This document shows, piece by piece, positions 44,278 through 54,533 of a DNA stretch of 64,000 nt; positions within the stretch are counted from its first letter, which is position 1, and every line of letters starts with the position of its first letter. Source of the stretch: an uncultured bacterium. Its GTDB lineage: Bacteria; Fidelibacterota; UBA2242. Location: the NCBI GenBank assembly GCA_964441235.1, contig CAYTUQ010000002.1:1705-65704 (forward strand), in the 5' to 3' direction. The position numbers and the translations under genes were made by a program. The notes beneath the pieces were generated by a model. The model did no database searches, was not told the DNA's origin, and saw only the letters and a program-made list of their open reading frames with translations.

Positions 44278-45306
44278 ATGAAAGCTATGGTATTGAATGC
44301 TATTTGTGATATAAGGGGAAATAAAACTCCTTTAGAACTTGTAGATATGCCGAAACCAAAGCCTGGTGAAAAAGAGATTTTGATTAAGGTTACTGCATGC
44401 GGTGTATGTCATACAGAATTAGATGAAATTGAAGGGAGAACACCTCCCCCTAAATTCCCGGTGGTTCCTGGACATGAGGTAGTTGGCAAAGTTGAAGAAG
44501 CTGGTAGTCAGGCTAACCGTTTTAAGATTGGAGACAGAGTGGGAGTCGCATGGATATTTTCCTCGTGTGGGAAATGTAAATTCTGCCTATCCGGAAATGA
44601 AAACCTCTGCCCGGACTTTAAAGCAACCGGGAGAGATGCAAACGGAGGTTATGCACAATATATGACGGTACCGGAAGATTTTGCTTATTCTATTCCAGAT
44701 ATTTTCAGTGATACCGAAGCAGCTCCACTTTTATGTGCCGGGGCAATTGGATATCGTTCGTTGAAGTTATCGGGTTTGAAAGATGGACAGAATCTTGGGC
44801 TCACCGGGTTTGGAGCTTCCGCTCACCTGGTATTGAAAATGGTAAAACACAAATATCCTAATACGAATGTCTATGTGTTTGCGAGGAGTGAAAAGGAGCA
44901 GATATTTGCGAGGGAACTTGGAGCAGTATGGGCAAGTGACACAGAAAAAACTTCCCCTGTCAAACTAGATTCTATTATAGATACAACCCCAGTATGGAAA
45001 CCAATAGTCGAAGCGATGAAAAATCTTGAGCCCGGTGGAAGATTGATCATAAATGCAATACGCAAAGAGGAGATAGATAAAGAATATTTACTAAAATTAA
45101 ATTATCCAACACATCTCTGGATGGAAAAAGAGATAAAGAGCGTTGCTAATGTTGCGAGTAACGATGTCAGCGAGTTTATTAAATTGGCTGCTGAAATTCC
45201 AATAAAGCCGGAAGTTCAGGAATATAGCCTTGAGGAAGCCAATAAAGCTCTGCTTGAACTTAAGGAACAAAAAATCAGGGGAGCGAAAGTTTTAAAAATA
45301 GAGTAA
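44278..45306 (+). CDS. Zinc-dependent alcohol dehydrogenase
   Basis: ATG at 44278 follows GAGGAA. ACGVCHTELDEIEG, PGHEVVG, structural-zinc CGKCKFCLSGNENLC and GLTGFGASAH Rossmann motif. Confidence 0.9.
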   Translation: MKAMVLNAICDIRGNKTPLELVDMPKPKPGEKEILIKVTACGVCHTELDEIEGRTPPPKFPVVPGHEVVGKVEEAGSQANRFKIGDRVGVAWIFSSCGKCKFCLSGNENLCPDFKATGRDANGGYAQYMTVPEDFAYSIPDIFSDTEAAPLLCAGAIGYRSLKLSGLKDGQNLGLTGFGASAHLVLKMVKHKYPNTNVYVFARSEKEQIFARELGAVWASDTEKTSPVKLDSIIDTTPVWKPIVEAMKNLEPGGRLIINAIRKEEIDKEYLLKLNYPTHLWMEKEIKSVANVASNDVSEFIKLAAEIPIKPEVQEYSLEEANKALLELKEQKIRGAKVLKIE

Positions 45307-45394
45307 ACAATTGATTAAAACAGTATGATTTGTTAAAATGAATGCGAATGATCACGGCTCAAGTTGAAAATATTAGTCAGGGGAGATATAAGAA

Positions 45395-46417
45395 ATGAAT
45401 TACACAAAAACACTGCAGGGAAAACATCTAATTACAACACAGGATTGGGGAAAAGTAGAATTAGATATTGTCCTTGGACTTGCAAAGGAAATGAAAAAAA
45501 ATCGTTTCCATCACCCGTTAAACAAATCCCTGGAGAATAAAAGTTTCTTTATGTTTTTTTACAATCCATCAGTAAGGACCCGGCAATCATTTGAAGTTGC
45601 AGCTACAGAGTTGGGTGGGCATGCTCTGTTTCTGGAGCCTAAATCCATGAGGCTTAAAACAGCAACGACCGCGGGAGAAACAATTGAAGATGCTGCTAAG
45701 GTAATGTCAAGATATGCTTGCGGTTTGGGCATAAGAATACTTGAAGATAAAATTCCACATTATGGGGCTGGAGAAGAGCTGGTTCGTGAATATGCTAAAT
45801 ATTCGACTATCCCAATTGTATCTATGGCACATGATAAATACCACCCATGTCAGGGATTAGCAGACATTATGGGGATTCAGGAGCATTTAGGCGAACTTAA
45901 AGGGAAAAAAACTTTATTAACATGGGGATGCAGTGCTCTTGCCCGGTCATGGTGTTCTGTTCAGGAGTATTTATTGATTGCTTCGCGATATGGTATGTCT
46001 GTTAACCTTGCTTTCCCTGAGAGTTATGATTTGGATCCGGAAATAATTGAGCAGGCGAAAAAGAATTGTGAGCAGAATTCTCAGGAATTTAATATCACAA
46101 ATGATGTGAAAGAGGGATATGAGGACGTTGATGTTGTCTATTCCAGAAACTGGATGAGTCCGCAGGCGTATAGAGACAACAAGTTGCATAAGGATGAGGA
46201 GATTGAAAAAGCATTACAGTTCAATGAATGGATATTTGATGCGGAGAAAATGAGATTAACAAATGATGCGTTATTTATTCATCCGATGCCTATTGATAGG
46301 GAAAATGAAGTTACAGATGAGATAGCATCAGGTTCACGTTCTATCATATATGATGTTGCCGAAAACAGACTTCATGTTCAAAAGGCGGTAATGGCGTTGA
46401 CAATGGGTGAATTCTAA
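45395..46417 (+). CDS. Ornithine/aspartate-carbamoyltransferase-family enzyme (substrate unknown)
   Basis: SVRTRQSFE (carbamoyl-phosphate site S-x-R-T-R), HPCQGLAD (HPxQ), FIHPMP (HCLP-equivalent). Confidence 0.8.
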   Translation: MNYTKTLQGKHLITTQDWGKVELDIVLGLAKEMKKNRFHHPLNKSLENKSFFMFFYNPSVRTRQSFEVAATELGGHALFLEPKSMRLKTATTAGETIEDAAKVMSRYACGLGIRILEDKIPHYGAGEELVREYAKYSTIPIVSMAHDKYHPCQGLADIMGIQEHLGELKGKKTLLTWGCSALARSWCSVQEYLLIASRYGMSVNLAFPESYDLDPEIIEQAKKNCEQNSQEFNITNDVKEGYEDVDVVYSRNWMSPQAYRDNKLHKDEEIEKALQFNEWIFDAEKMRLTNDALFIHPMPIDRENEVTDEIASGSRSIIYDVAENRLHVQKAVMALTMGEF

Positions 46418-46447
46418 TCAGTGTTCGCAAGGTTTAAGGAGAGTAGT

Positions 46448-47530
46448 ATGGGAATTAAGAGAATTAGAATATTTGCATTAGGTGGAAATGAAGTATCCCC
46501 AATTGATATTAAAGATAAAAATGGAAGTTCTGTAAGAGCTGATATCCCAATGCAGTGGCAACGGACAGCGGATACATGTAAAGAAATAGCCAATATTATT
46601 GAGGAGTTCCCGGAAGATTCCTTTATAATAACACATGGGAACGGTCCACAGGTAGGGAATATTTTGTTAAGAGCCGAACACTCTTTGGATATATTACCAC
46701 CTTTGCCTTTAGATGTATGCGGAGCTGATAGTCAGGGTGCAATTGGTTATATGATTGGTCAGCTTTTGAATAATGAATTAAGAACGAGAAATATCAAAAG
46801 GAACGTTGATACTATTATAACACAGGTAGTCGTTGATAGAAACGACCCTAATTTTAAAAATCAGACCAAATTTATCGGACCTGCCTTTACGAAAGAAGAG
46901 GCGCTGGAGAGAAAAGAAAAAGCAGGTTGGATTGTGAAACTTTACAAAAAAGACCCTGAGGGATATGAGATATGGCGGAGAGTCGTACCTTCTCCTCAAC
47001 CCATAGATATTGTTGAACTTGATCTGGTTCAATCTACTTTGGAAAAAGGGATTATACCTATTACAGTTGGTGGCGGTGGTATCCCGGTTATAGAAGTTGA
47101 GGCAGATAATAGAGGAGTTTACAAATGTAATTATAACATAAAGTATCAAAATGAAAGAGATTTGAAAATTTTCACCGGTGTTGAAGTTGTTATTGATAAA
47201 GACCTTGCATCCGCACTTCTTGGAGTATTATTAATACAAAGATATAAAAGATATGGCGAGTGTGTTGAGGTAATGTTGACGATTTTCACGGCCGAAGATG
47301 GAGCTAAACTATATTATCAGAAACCAGATCAGAGTGATTTAAGAATTGTAACACTCGACGAGATAAAAGAGTATTATAATGCTGGACATTTTCCGCCAGG
47401 TAGTATGGGCCCCAAAATCAAAGCCATTATTAATTTTATGGAGGGTGGCGGTGAGAGAGCCTATATTTCACTTACTAAGAAATATAAAAAAACAATTAGA
47501 GGTGAAGCGGGAACTACTATTGTCAAGTAA
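46448..47530 (+). CDS. Carbamate kinase(-like)
   Basis: ATG at 46448 follows AAGGAG. RIFALGGNE, ITHGNGPQVG, GGGGIPV. Typical amino-acid-kinase-fold carbamate kinase motifs. Confidence 0.85.
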   Translation: MGIKRIRIFALGGNEVSPIDIKDKNGSSVRADIPMQWQRTADTCKEIANIIEEFPEDSFIITHGNGPQVGNILLRAEHSLDILPPLPLDVCGADSQGAIGYMIGQLLNNELRTRNIKRNVDTIITQVVVDRNDPNFKNQTKFIGPAFTKEEALERKEKAGWIVKLYKKDPEGYEIWRRVVPSPQPIDIVELDLVQSTLEKGIIPITVGGGGIPVIEVEADNRGVYKCNYNIKYQNERDLKIFTGVEVVIDKDLASALLGVLLIQRYKRYGECVEVMLTIFTAEDGAKLYYQKPDQSDLRIVTLDEIKEYYNAGHFPPGSMGPKIKAIINFMEGGGERAYISLTKKYKKTIRGEAGTTIVK

Positions 47531-47585
47531 CAATGATTTATAAATTGAAAAAGAATATTAACAAATAGAAAATAGGAGGATCAAA

Positions 47586-48662
47586 ATGAGATCAAATAAA
47601 TTTTTAGGGAAAGATTGGATTGATGCCGAATTGGATTTTACAAAAGAGGAATGGGAAACATTAATTGACGTGGCGCTTTATTTAAAACGCCGTCACGCCA
47701 TGAATGAAGATCAAAGCAATATTCTAAAAGGTAAAACTTTATTTACGATGTTTTTCAATCAATCACTGAGAACTCGCAGTACTTTTGCAGTGGGGATTCA
47801 GCAGTTGGGCGGTATTCACGTGGATTTAGAACCTGGAAAAACATATACTCCGGCAAGGAAAGGTTTTGATATTCCATATAAAACCGAGAGAATTTCTGAT
47901 GTAGCGAGAATGTTAAGCAGAGTTGGTGATGCTATAGCTATTCGTATGTATGGTCCGCCGGCTTACTGGATATACGGATTTGCAAATGCTACGGTAAAAG
48001 AGTTTGCGGAATATGCTGGAATTCCTATCATTAATATGGAATGTGATAAATACCATCCGACACAAGCCCTTGCAGATCTCATTACTATTAAAGAAAAATT
48101 CGGTACGTTTAAGGCTGTGAATCTTACAATGTCCTGGGCATATTCGGGCTCTATCGAAAAACCGAGAGCTGTACCTCAAAGCGTCATACTTGCTGCAACT
48201 AAAATGGGAATGAATGTAACTTTAGCACATCCTGAAGGGTTTGAATTAGACCCTGAAGTCAACAAGGCATGTCAGAAGTTTTCAGAACAGACAAATGGTT
48301 CATTCAAGATAACCAATGATTTTGAGGAAGGTTTTAAAGGTGCAGATGTTGTATATCCTAAATCCTGGGGCGCCGCTTCCTGCTTTAATTATACGGATGA
48401 AAAAGGCAATACTATTAAGAAACAAGATCATGAGGAAGCGGAAAGATTGAACAATGCCAGTAAAAATTGGATGACTACAGAGAAACAGATGCGATTAGTT
48501 AATAAAAATGGTGTCTATATGCACTGTCTCCCGGCAGATAGAGGACAGGAAGTGACTGACGAAGTGATTGACGGACCCAATTCTGTTGTTATTGATGAAG
48601 CGGAGAACAGACTGCACGCTCACAAGGCTATTATGGCGATGATCATGGGGGGAAGGCTGTAG
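47586..48662 (+). CDS. YgeW-like carbamoyltransferase
   Basis: SLRTRSTF, HPTQALADL, YMHCLPADRG. The block MSWAYSGSIEKPRAVPQSVILAATKMGMNVTLAHPEGFELDPEV...GSFKITNDFEEGFKGADVVYPKSW closely parallels my recollection of E. coli YgeW. Confidence 0.75.
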   Translation: MRSNKFLGKDWIDAELDFTKEEWETLIDVALYLKRRHAMNEDQSNILKGKTLFTMFFNQSLRTRSTFAVGIQQLGGIHVDLEPGKTYTPARKGFDIPYKTERISDVARMLSRVGDAIAIRMYGPPAYWIYGFANATVKEFAEYAGIPIINMECDKYHPTQALADLITIKEKFGTFKAVNLTMSWAYSGSIEKPRAVPQSVILAATKMGMNVTLAHPEGFELDPEVNKACQKFSEQTNGSFKITNDFEEGFKGADVVYPKSWGAASCFNYTDEKGNTIKKQDHEEAERLNNASKNWMTTEKQMRLVNKNGVYMHCLPADRGQEVTDEVIDGPNSVVIDEAENRLHAHKAIMAMIMGGRL

Positions 48663-49004
48663 GATTGTAGATTGTGATTAGAGATTTTCGATTTGAAATA
48701 CAGAAGACTGAAATTAGACAAATATGGTTATTTCATTGTAGAGCACAACTTACATAACCACAGCGGTGAATTGTCGCAGATTGCACCTGGATCATTCAAG
48801 TTAAGCCCAACAAGTTATTCTCATTGTATTCTACCAGACCCGTTTGTTTTGAAAAACGGTCAAACAATTTACAAGCCAAAGGATTGGTGATGCAGGTTTC
48901 GATTGTTAAATATTCAGAGTTTGCGAATGTCTATCTTCAGTTGTATTTTGTTTTAATGAACTATTTCCAGAATCTCGTTAATTTCATTAACATAGAAGGA
49001 TTAT

Positions 49005-50213
49005 ATGAAGTTTTATTACAAATGTATCGATTGTGATGCTGAATATTCATCGGATAAGATCCTTTACCTTTGTCCAAAATGTGAGAAAGAGCAAATATCC
49101 GGCGAATTTCAAAAAGGTGTTCTCCGGACTAAGTTGGATGAAGATTATCTCAAATCACTTCAACGAAAATTTGAAATCAGTCCCGATGACTTCTCTGTTT
49201 ATAAAATTCCACATTCTGAATCCTATCCGGTTGGGGGTACACCGTTTATTTCACCAATACGTTTGAGACAGAAAACCGGGTTTAAATATCTTTATTTTAA
49301 GAATGACAGTACAAATCCATCCGGTTCTTTGAAAGACAGAGCGTCACGGCTCGTAGCAGCGCAGGCAATTTACCACAAAGAAAAAACCGTAACCCTTGCA
49401 TCAACGGGCAATGCAGGCTCAGCCATGGCTTGTGCCGGTGCTGCTTATGGATTAGATATTGTGCTTTTTGTACCGGAGAGTGCTCCGAAAGCAAAATTGA
49501 TTCAATCACTGTTATATGGTGCTAAAGTAATACCGATAAAAGGCACTTATGATGATGCATTTCGGCTTTCGATAGAATTTACAAATATGTATGGTGGAAT
49601 AAACCGAAATACTGCCTATAATCCGCTGACAATAGAGGGCAAAAAAACGGTATCGGTTGAAATTTACAATCAATTAAATAAAACTGCTCCTGATATTGTC
49701 TATTTACCAGTTGGTGACGGCGTAATATATTCCGGTGTGTATAAAGGATTTTCGGATTTACAAGAGGCAGGACTTATTGAAAATATACCTCAAATTGTAG
49801 GTGTTCAATCAGTAGGAAGCAATGCGATTTCCAGGGCATTTCATACTGGGAAAATGAAAGCGCTCGAATCTGCGAACACAATAGCGGATTCGATTTCCGT
49901 CGCCTCACCTGCGTGTGGTAGAATGGCGGTTAAATATTTAAAGAGTTGTAAGGGTTGGATGACTGAAGTTACAGATGACGAAATTTCCAAAGCGCAATTG
50001 CAGCTCTGCCGCGATTCGGGAATCTTCGTAGAGCCAGCTGCTGCTGCATCGTGGGCTGGATTTTTAAAAGACAGCGACAAACTGGATAAAGATAAAACAA
50101 TTGTTATTCTTTTGACGGGAACTGGTTTAAAAGATATGAAAGCGGTGGAAGATATTGTGTCAATTCCTGATTCAATTAAGCCCGAATTAAAAGAGGTTGA
50201 AAAGTTATTTTGA
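49005..50213 (+). CDS. Fold-type II PLP enzyme, threonine-synthase-like, with N-terminal zinc ribbon
   Basis: YKCIDCDAEY...CPKCEKE zinc ribbon. NPSGSLKDRAS holds the PLP-lysine context, and STGNAGSAMA and TGTGLKD are typical of the Thr-synthase/TrpB-like family. Confidence 0.75.
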   Translation: MKFYYKCIDCDAEYSSDKILYLCPKCEKEQISGEFQKGVLRTKLDEDYLKSLQRKFEISPDDFSVYKIPHSESYPVGGTPFISPIRLRQKTGFKYLYFKNDSTNPSGSLKDRASRLVAAQAIYHKEKTVTLASTGNAGSAMACAGAAYGLDIVLFVPESAPKAKLIQSLLYGAKVIPIKGTYDDAFRLSIEFTNMYGGINRNTAYNPLTIEGKKTVSVEIYNQLNKTAPDIVYLPVGDGVIYSGVYKGFSDLQEAGLIENIPQIVGVQSVGSNAISRAFHTGKMKALESANTIADSISVASPACGRMAVKYLKSCKGWMTEVTDDEISKAQLQLCRDSGIFVEPAAAASWAGFLKDSDKLDKDKTIVILLTGTGLKDMKAVEDIVSIPDSIKPELKEVEKLF

Positions 50214-50782
50214 ATATCGAAGCGATTGTACTTGCAGCCGGCAAATCAAGCAGGATGACTGGATTTAAACCGTTACTCCTATATGGAAATTCCACGATCA
50301 TTGAAACTGTCATAGAAAGTGCGCTTTCCGTCGCAGAAAGGGCAATTGTTGTTGTAGGATATTATAGCGATAGAATACTGAATTTAAAAAATTGGGATGA
50401 CAGAATCCTATTTGTAAAAAACCCAAATCCCGAATTCGGGATGTTTTCTTCAGTAAAGATTGGCGTAAAAGAAATTACAACCCCGAGATTTTTTATAGTC
50501 TTAGGTGATCAGCCGCAGGTCTCAAAGAAAGTTTATAAACAGTTGTTAGAAGTCACTGATGCCGATGTAGTTTCGCCAAGGTATAAAGAAATATCCGGTC
50601 ATCCGGTACTATTGTCAGAAGCCGTAAGGATACGTATTTTGCAAGCAGATGAAAAAGATAGTTCAGTTACTTTAAGGACCATTTTATCAGAATTTAAGCA
50701 CAAATATATAGAAGTAAATGATGAATGGATTTTGTGGAATATTAATACCGATGATCAATACCGGGAAATATTAAAAAAATAG
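50210..50782 (+). CDS. MobA/MocA-like molybdenum cofactor nucleotidyltransferase
   Basis: IVLAAGKSSRMTGFKPLL N-terminal NTP-transferase motif and ...LGDQP... TTG start overlaps the previous stop. Confidence 0.75.
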   Translation: MNIEAIVLAAGKSSRMTGFKPLLLYGNSTIIETVIESALSVAERAIVVVGYYSDRILNLKNWDDRILFVKNPNPEFGMFSSVKIGVKEITTPRFFIVLGDQPQVSKKVYKQLLEVTDADVVSPRYKEISGHPVLLSEAVRIRILQADEKDSSVTLRTILSEFKHKYIEVNDEWILWNINTDDQYREILKK

Positions 50783-50857
50783 ATATAGGCAGTTGATATT
50801 GCCGATTTTCTATTTTTGGGTAAATTCTAAACAATAAGGAGGTTATTAAAGGGAATT

Positions 50858-51655
50858 GTGGACATTTTTAAAGAAATCACTGCTATCAGAAATTCCGGAA
50901 CTCCTTGTGTTCTTGTCACAGTTATTAAAACAATAGGTGCTTCACCAGGGAAAAAATCCTTCAAAATGATTGTTCTGCCCGATGGGAAGACATTTGGAAC
51001 CGTTGGAGGAGGTGATGTTGAACAAATGGCTTTGCAAGAAGCTCTTAAAGTCCTGAAGAGTGAAATTTCCGGATTAAAGGAATATGACCTTGATAAACTT
51101 CAGATGGAGTGCGGCGGAAGTATTTCGCTGTTTTACGATTTCATTCCACCAGAACGCCAATTGTTAATCTTTGGTGGAGGACACGTAGGACAGGCGCTTT
51201 ATAGGATTGCGAGGAATGTTTCATTTTATACGAGAGTTTATGACGATAGAGAAAGTTTGAAATCAAATTTTGACGCACAAGATTTTGTTCTTTGTAATTT
51301 TGAAAATCTGCCAGTGGAAATGTTTCCTGTTTCAAATTCTTATGTGGCTATTATGACCTATAATCACAAATACGATTATACAGTTTTAAAACAAGTTTTG
51401 AAATGCGGGGAGTCTTTTAAATATATTGGCTTAATTGGATCAAATAAAAAAGTCGAGGCTACTCATAAAAAGTTGCTTAAGGAGGGAATTAATATACCTG
51501 ATAATCTATATGCGCCAATTGGATTGGATATCGGAGCAAAAACCGCTGAAGAAATAGCAGTAGCAATAATGGGAGAAATCATCGGCGTAGCAAATAAAAA
51601 AGAAGTTGATTCTATGAGGAAATCAATTACCCACAAAACACACGAAAAACACTAA
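50858..51655 (+). CDS. XdhC/CoxI-family molybdoenzyme maturation factor
   Basis: N-terminal XdhC_CoxI pattern (PCVLVTVIKTIGASPG...VGGG) and C-terminal Rossmann-like LLIFGGGHVGQAL. Confidence 0.8.
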   Translation: MDIFKEITAIRNSGTPCVLVTVIKTIGASPGKKSFKMIVLPDGKTFGTVGGGDVEQMALQEALKVLKSEISGLKEYDLDKLQMECGGSISLFYDFIPPERQLLIFGGGHVGQALYRIARNVSFYTRVYDDRESLKSNFDAQDFVLCNFENLPVEMFPVSNSYVAIMTYNHKYDYTVLKQVLKCGESFKYIGLIGSNKKVEATHKKLLKEGINIPDNLYAPIGLDIGAKTAEEIAVAIMGEIIGVANKKEVDSMRKSITHKTHEKH

Positions 51656-51721
51656 TAGTATTTGTAGAAAGATTTTACCATTTTAGAGTGTTTCGTGGGA
51701 AAAGAGAAAGTTGTTATTTAA

Positions 51722-53944
51722 ATGGGATATGTAGGGAAAAGTATAAATAGAGTTGATGCACCTGACAAGATTCGAGGGAAAGCGAAGTACATTGATGATT
51801 TAACTTTTCCGTATATGTTATTTGGGATAACCGTTCGTTCTACGAGGCAGCGTGCTCACATTGTTGACATAAAAATACCCGAATTGCCCAAAGATGTTTT
51901 TACTTTCACTGCTGATGAAATTCCCGGTGATAACTATGTAGCACTATTTAAAGAAGACCAACCGTTTTTAGCATGTGGTATTGTACAGTATATAGGTGAG
52001 CCTGTACTTTTGCTTGCAGGTCCCGATAAAAATATACTCCGTGAAGTTGAAGACAAAATTAAGATAAATTACGAGGATATTCCAGCGATCAATACTATTG
52101 AAGAAGCGCTGTCCGGCAAATTTCTTCCAATTTATGGCGAAGAAAATATTTACAAAAAGTATGGCTACGTAAAAGGTGATCCCAATTCCATTTTCAAGGA
52201 GAAAGAAAAAAGTAAAAAGTATAAAATATTTTGTGGCACTTATAAAACTGGTTACCAGGAACATGTCTATATGGAAACACAGGGCATGATAGCAATGCCG
52301 TATGGAAGTGGTGTAAAAATCTTGGGTTCTATGCAATGTCCTTTTTATATCAATAGGGCTCTGGCAATTGGATTGGGACTTAAGCCTGACGATGTTGTAA
52401 TAGAGCAGGTTTGTACCGGGGGCGCATTTGGTGGGAAGGAAGAATTTCCCTCGTTAATAGCGGGTCATGCTGCATTTCTTGCCTTAAAAACCGGAAAACC
52501 GGTCAAAATGGTCTATGATCGCCAGGAAGACCTTTTAGTTACTACCAAACGTCACCCTTCAAAAACAGCTCAAAGAATTGCATTTGATTCTGATAATAGA
52601 ATTGTAGCCCTGGACACTGATTTCACTCTTGATGGAGGAGCACACAGCACTTTATCAGAAGTAGTATTAGCACGAGGAGCGCTGGCCGCAACAGGAGTTT
52701 ATCGCTGTAAGAACTCTAAACTATCGAGTCGGGTGGTCAGTACAAATAATGTTCCCTCCGGTGCATTTAGAGGTTTTGGTGCACCGCAAGCTTTTTTCGC
52801 CATTGAACAATCAATCAACCATTCAGCATATAGACTGGGGGTAAATCCTTACGACCTGCGAAAAATTAATATATTAAGAAAAGGTGACATCTCAACAACA
52901 GGACAATTGCTAAGCGAGTCTATTGGTTTGGAGAGAGTTTTAGATGCAGTTGAAAAGGCAACTGATTTTAAAAGAAAGTATAAATCTTATAAAAATAGAG
53001 AACCTGATGATAAACCGTTAAAAGGGATAGGTATTTCCTCATTTTTCCATGGAATCGGATTTACAGGCAAGGGAGAAGAAATTATAAAAGCAACGGCTAC
53101 GGTTGAATATTCAATAAAGTACGGCGCCGTTATCAAAATTGGCACAGTGGAAATGGGGCAGGGAATGAATACAGTCATAAGGCAAATCGGAGCAGATTCT
53201 TTACATCTTCCGATTTCTGAAGTTCATATCTCTGCACCCGATACTTCAAGGGTTCCCAATTCAGGTCCAACAGTTGCATCAAGAACGACAACAATTGTAG
53301 GTGGATTGGTTTATCAGTGCTGTATGGAATTGAGAGAAAAAGTTAATGCAAAAGATTTTTCCAGAGATTTTTCCTTTTTGGCGAAAGAGAATTTACGTAA
53401 GGAAGAAGTTATTTCATCTACGAAAAGTTATAAAATTCCGAAGGATGTTCACTGGGACGATGATAATTTTATTGGAAGTGCATATCCTACTTATTCATGG
53501 GCAGCGGCAGTTGTAGAAGTCGAAGTTGATCCGACAACTTTTGAGGTTTCCGTAGAGAAAATTACAGCGGCACATGACATTGGAAAAGCAATTAATCCGA
53601 TTTTAGTAGAAGGACAGATAGAAGGCGGCTCAGTTCAGGGACTGGGTTACGCTTCGATGGAAGTGATGACGATAACTAATGGTAAAATTAATAATCCTAA
53701 TTTGACTGATTATATAATTCCTACATCACTTGATACTCCGGAGATTGATTCAATTATTGTAGAAGAAAGATACCCTCGCGGTCCATTTGGTGCGAAAGGC
53801 GTCGGCGAGCAGCCTCTGGTTGGAGTTCCACCTGCTTATATCGGAGCGGTGGAAAATGCACTTGGCGTGGAATTTTATAAAATACCATTAACGCCAGAAA
53901 AAATCTATAATAAATTAAAAGATACTAACCGCAGAGGACGCTGA
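51722..53944 (+). CDS. Xanthine dehydrogenase-family molybdopterin-binding (large) subunit
   Basis: 740 aa. GKAKYIDD, QEHVYMETQ, GGAFGGKE, GFGAPQ, VASRTT and FGAKGVGEQP are hallmark motifs of the aldehyde oxidase/XDH Mo subunit. Confidence 0.9.
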   Translation: MGYVGKSINRVDAPDKIRGKAKYIDDLTFPYMLFGITVRSTRQRAHIVDIKIPELPKDVFTFTADEIPGDNYVALFKEDQPFLACGIVQYIGEPVLLLAGPDKNILREVEDKIKINYEDIPAINTIEEALSGKFLPIYGEENIYKKYGYVKGDPNSIFKEKEKSKKYKIFCGTYKTGYQEHVYMETQGMIAMPYGSGVKILGSMQCPFYINRALAIGLGLKPDDVVIEQVCTGGAFGGKEEFPSLIAGHAAFLALKTGKPVKMVYDRQEDLLVTTKRHPSKTAQRIAFDSDNRIVALDTDFTLDGGAHSTLSEVVLARGALAATGVYRCKNSKLSSRVVSTNNVPSGAFRGFGAPQAFFAIEQSINHSAYRLGVNPYDLRKINILRKGDISTTGQLLSESIGLERVLDAVEKATDFKRKYKSYKNREPDDKPLKGIGISSFFHGIGFTGKGEEIIKATATVEYSIKYGAVIKIGTVEMGQGMNTVIRQIGADSLHLPISEVHISAPDTSRVPNSGPTVASRTTTIVGGLVYQCCMELREKVNAKDFSRDFSFLAKENLRKEEVISSTKSYKIPKDVHWDDDNFIGSAYPTYSWAAAVVEVEVDPTTFEVSVEKITAAHDIGKAINPILVEGQIEGGSVQGLGYASMEVMTITNGKINNPNLTDYIIPTSLDTPEIDSIIVEERYPRGPFGAKGVGEQPLVGVPPAYIGAVENALGVEFYKIPLTPEKIYNKLKDTNRRGR

Positions 53945-54073
53945 GACCGCAGAGCGAGAAAATTAAAAAAATGTTTGGGAAAACGTTCATACTTTTATTG
54001 TCTATAAAGAATGCTAATCCTAATTATTGTAGAGACTCATCTATATTCTCAGCGTTCTCTGCGAACTCTGCGG
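53929..54073. repeat. Imperfect inverted arrays of CGCWGAG modules flanking an AT-rich ~90-bp core
   Basis: Left arm CCGCAGAGGACGCTGAGACCGCAGAGCGAG (53929-53958) overlaps the last codons NRRGR* of the Mo-subunit gene. Right arm CTCAGCGTTCTCTGCGAACTCTGCGG (54048-54073). Same module family as 62357-62582. Confidence 0.75.
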
Positions 54074-54092
54074 TGAGAAAAGTGAGGAAGTT

Positions 54093-54533
54093 TTGAAGAT
54101 TATAGTTAATGGAATTGAATATCTCCCAACCGTTTCCCCAACAATGAGGTTACTTGATTATCTAAGAAAAGAAATAAAACTAACCGGTACAAAAGAGGGC
54201 TGCGATGAAGGTGAATGTGGAGCGTGTTCTGTTCTTATAGATGGCAAATTAGTGAACTCATGTATGGTTTTATTAGGGCAGGTTGATGATAAATCGGTTA
54301 CGACGATTGAAGGTATTGACGAGCCGGAACTGTTCAGAGCATTTGAAGAAACAGGGGCGGTGCAGTGCGGATTTTGCACGCCGGGAATGATTATGGCGGC
54401 AACTGCTCTGTTGAGAAAAAATCCAAATCCATCTGTTTATGAAATTAAAGAAGCAATTTCCGGAAATCTCTGCCGCTGTACGGGATATAAGAAAATTGTG
54501 GAAGCGATTTCGAAAGTGAAACGTGAATTGTGA
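54093..54533 (+). CDS. (2Fe-2S)-binding small subunit of XDH-family enzyme
   Basis: GCDEGECGACSV (plant-type 2Fe-2S cluster) and QCGFCTPGM...CRCTGY (second cluster). Confidence 0.9.
   Translation: MKIIVNGIEYLPTVSPTMRLLDYLRKEIKLTGTKEGCDEGECGACSVLIDGKLVNSCMVLLGQVDDKSVTTIEGIDEPELFRAFEETGAVQCGFCTPGMIMAATALLRKNPNPSVYEIKEAISGNLCRCTGYKKIVEAISKVKREL

Noticed and set aside
48693-49036. Two overlapping small ORFs (65 and 70 aa) between the YgeW-like gene and the PLP enzyme gene
   Set aside because: No motifs and no convincing ribosome-binding sites. The region starts with a heptamer micro-array and looks like an intergenic spacer. The second ORF overlaps the start of the real downstream gene.
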